Translations under genes and position numbers: made by a program
DNA from: an uncultured Bacteroidales bacterium
GTDB taxonomy: Bacteria; Bacteroidota; Bacteroidia; Bacteroidales; VadinHA17
Assembly: GCA_963739685.1 (NCBI GenBank)
Contig: CAVUAX010000006.1
Location: 73,670 to 137,669 of the forward strand
Direction of reading: 5' to 3'
Length of the DNA: 64,000 nucleotides
The notes under the pieces: model-generated
The model's database searches: none
The model's input: the letters and a program-made list of their open reading frames with translations, nothing else
Told to the model about the DNA's origin: nothing
Part shown: in pieces, positions 61,568 through 64,000 of the stretch
Position numbering within the stretch: the stretch's first letter is position 1
Layout of the letters: every line of letters begins with the position of its first letter

Positions 61568-63961
61568 ATGAATAAATTTGATTGTAAGAAACAAAAGCAA
61601 AAAAGTTACATAATCACTGTTCTTCCTTTTTTTATTTGTTTATTTCTTGTTTGTTCAAACCTGTCCGGTCAACGGGTTATTCAACATGATCAGTATTCAA
61701 CTGTATATTTTGATTCTGTCAGAGCATTGGTAAATGATACTGCCAGAGAAAATTACACCATCAGTGCATATCGTTTGAAGGGATCAGATAAAATTGATAT
61801 TGATGGCTATTTAAATGAAGATGCCTGGAAAAATGCAGAGCACCGCGGGGGGTTTCTTGAAAAGGAGCCCTATCCACTGGTACCTATGAGTGAAAAAACC
61901 GAATTTGCCATTTTATACGATGAGGAAAATCTTTATATAGGGGTCTGGTGCTGGGATTCCGAGCCAGATAAGATTATACGCCAGTTATCACCAAGAGGTA
62001 CAGCTGGTCCGGATAATGTGGACTTGTTCATTGACAGCTATCATGATCACCGTACCGGGTATAAATTTACCGTATCCCCCACGGGTGTGCAGGTTGACGA
62101 GCTTCGTTATGACAACGTAAAACGTGATTTAAACTGGAATGGAATCTGGTATTCTGCGGGATCAGTTGATGAGAATGGCTGGTATGCGGAAGTTAAGATC
62201 CCCTTATTTAATCTGAGATTCTCTAACAAGGTAAATCAGACCTGGGGATTTAACATAATGAGAAATATCTCAAAAGACGCCTCCCGGGGACAATGGAAAC
62301 CTCACTTACCTGAATGGGACAATGCGACCCGTATGTCTGAGATGGGGCATATTGTAAACATTAACAATATTAAATCAGGGAGAACCTTTGAGTTGAGACC
62401 GTATGGGGTAGCCGGTAACACGGAAACCAAAGATCTCAAACCATCCTTTACATATAATTTTGGAGGAGATATCCGGTATAGTCCCTCTCCAAATCTGACC
62501 GCTGATTTTACAGTAAATCCTGATTTTGCGCAGGTTGACGCTGATGTTTTTGAAATAAATCTTACCCGCTTTCCGACCCGTTTCAAAGAACTGCGTCCAT
62601 TTTTTACTGAAGGGACAAGTATTTTTAATACTCCGCTCGAATTGTTTTACAGCAGGCGAATAGGAGCCAGGGGGGACATTATCGGAGGTGGAAAAATAAC
62701 GGGAAAGTTACAGCATGGCATTGAATTTGGCGCACTTGGAAACGTAACAGGACAATCTTTATTCTCAGGCTCTATGCAAAATCCGGAGAAAGCTGCATTT
62801 GGGGTGGTACGCCTTAAAAAAGATATTCTTGGTTCAAGTAGCATAGGGATTTTGGCAGGGACAAAAGAAGGAGCGGCAAACTTTAACAGAGTTTTCGGTC
62901 TTGATGGAAGTTTTGTTGTTAAGAATCACAATATCCTTGATTTTCAAATTGCCTCAGGACAAAATGAACTCAGATTCAATCATAATATGGCATATAACAT
63001 GTCCTATACCCGGACCGGTGATTTTATGGGTGCGCAGATCAATTTTAACCGTATTGAGCCTGCCTTTGAGATCAATCGGATCGGGTACATTCAGAAAGAG
63101 ACTGACCGGGGCTGGAACAAAGCAAGTGGCATTATCCGTGTAAGCCCCCGGATTAATAAATACAATATCCGAAGAATAATAGCAAACCTGGAATTTGACC
63201 AGACTACCGATATTTTTACGACGCGATACATTGACAGCTGGCTTGAAAGTTACCCGGTCTTAATTCCGGACCAGTGGTTTGGCACGGTAAATCAAATTGA
63301 CGGTGGGGAACGCCAAATTATCGGAGGAAGAAGAAACGCAAATAATTTCAGGACCGGAGGAGACCTTACAGTTAATCTTATAAATGAAATGTCACTTGTA
63401 ACGGAATATAAACGGTTTTCAGCAACTGAGTTAACCGGGAAATATACCGGCAACTATTATAAAATGATTTACTCGACAAGACCTCTCAGAATGGGAACGC
63501 GATTCGCAGGGATCTTATCTACAAGTGGCGGAACATTTTACAACTTTGACCAGAAGTATGTGGGCAGTCAAAAAGGGCTCACCATTAACGGTGAGGGCCA
63601 GTTAAGTCATAACGTGAAAACTAAAATGGAGGGGGGGTATACAAAAACCCTCAATCCCATGAATAAACAGGATGGCCAATATTTTAAATTATCATCCTAT
63701 TCGACATGGATGTTCACGAAGGATTTTTTTATACGGCTACATATTCAGGGAATATTTGAGACTACTTACTATGATCAGAAACAGGCATATAACCATTATT
63801 TGCTCAGCTGCCTTGTGAGCTGGGAATACAAGCCGGGTAGTTTTTTATATTTAGCTTATAATGAAGGCCGCTTTGATGAAACTAATCCAACAATTTCAAG
63901 ACATTTCGAATTTAATGATCGTACTATAATTTTAAAAGTTTCATATTTTTTTAATATATGA
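61568..63961 (+). CDS. CBM9-like sugar-binding domain plus outer-membrane beta-barrel (DUF5916-like)
   Basis: IDGYLNE.AW, YDEENLYIG, GWYAEVKIP, WGFN, TVNPDFAQVDAD, E.RPFF.EG, FYSRRIG; ends KVSYFFNI. Confidence 0.8.
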   Translation: MNKFDCKKQKQKSYIITVLPFFICLFLVCSNLSGQRVIQHDQYSTVYFDSVRALVNDTARENYTISAYRLKGSDKIDIDGYLNEDAWKNAEHRGGFLEKEPYPLVPMSEKTEFAILYDEENLYIGVWCWDSEPDKIIRQLSPRGTAGPDNVDLFIDSYHDHRTGYKFTVSPTGVQVDELRYDNVKRDLNWNGIWYSAGSVDENGWYAEVKIPLFNLRFSNKVNQTWGFNIMRNISKDASRGQWKPHLPEWDNATRMSEMGHIVNINNIKSGRTFELRPYGVAGNTETKDLKPSFTYNFGGDIRYSPSPNLTADFTVNPDFAQVDADVFEINLTRFPTRFKELRPFFTEGTSIFNTPLELFYSRRIGARGDIIGGGKITGKLQHGIEFGALGNVTGQSLFSGSMQNPEKAAFGVVRLKKDILGSSSIGILAGTKEGAANFNRVFGLDGSFVVKNHNILDFQIASGQNELRFNHNMAYNMSYTRTGDFMGAQINFNRIEPAFEINRIGYIQKETDRGWNKASGIIRVSPRINKYNIRRIIANLEFDQTTDIFTTRYIDSWLESYPVLIPDQWFGTVNQIDGGERQIIGGRRNANNFRTGGDLTVNLINEMSLVTEYKRFSATELTGKYTGNYYKMIYSTRPLRMGTRFAGILSTSGGTFYNFDQKYVGSQKGLTINGEGQLSHNVKTKMEGGYTKTLNPMNKQDGQYFKLSSYSTWMFTKDFFIRLHIQGIFETTYYDQKQAYNHYLLSCLVSWEYKPGSFLYLAYNEGRFDETNPTISRHFEFNDRTIILKVSYFFNI

Positions 63962-64000
63962 GCCTGTTATTTACTGAGATATGAAATCAAAACGAAGCAC

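Noticed and set aside
543-63143. Numerous 60-180 aa ORFs in the track that overlap larger genes (e.g. 16653..17198, 44111..44590, 49811..50233)
   Set aside because: They are antisense or alternate-frame shadows of well-supported genes and have no motifs
1-64000. CRISPR array, rRNA, transposase, integrase or prophage
   Set aside because: No regularly spaced repeats, rRNA-like tracts or recognisable mobile-element proteins were seen

Overview
AT-rich bacterial DNA, most likely an anaerobic Bacteroidota/Bacteroidales-type organism. This is inferred from TAnnTTTG promoter boxes and from the FISUMP, DUF5916-like, DUF1080 and PspC/PadR gene families. The window holds about 48 protein genes and one tRNA-Asn(GTT); I see no rRNA, CRISPR array, integrase or transposase. 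Left to right: the tail of a probable cytochrome gene plus a CxxCH-bearing porin; a PchB/chorismate-mutase and DRE-TIM aldolase pair; GH78; a frameshifted bacitracin-type ABC pair with a GH95 remnant; a HerA/DUF853 ATPase; an unusual minus-strand catabolic cluster at 10979-20474; an exported peroxiredoxin; acvB-mprF; proB-proA-acnA-icd; pspC-padR-pspC with a clear palindromic operator; a rhomboid and glycosyltransferases (one GT2-GT4 fusion); a GH88-like/TIM-barrel/Gfo/SDR sugar locus with FucP, an esterase and DUF1080; PfkB; and tRNA-Asn. After the tRNA lies a patchwork region with ClC, a four-times-frameshifted UPF0182 gene, GGT, FISUMP, a lysozyme-like protein, a DUF5916-like OMP, and three decayed gene remnants missing from the ORF track. 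The 10979-20474 cluster is the best candidate for an undescribed system. It encodes a GH123/DUF4091-like lipoprotein, an orphan protein with a GH18-like DWE motif, a Tat-exported Gfo oxidoreductase, an ExuT-like MFS, a URO-D/MtaA-family protein and a 514-aa lipoprotein glutamate-racemase homologue. CCGG also appears strongly over-represented across the window (hand counts only). All family calls come from motif recognition by eye, not database searches.
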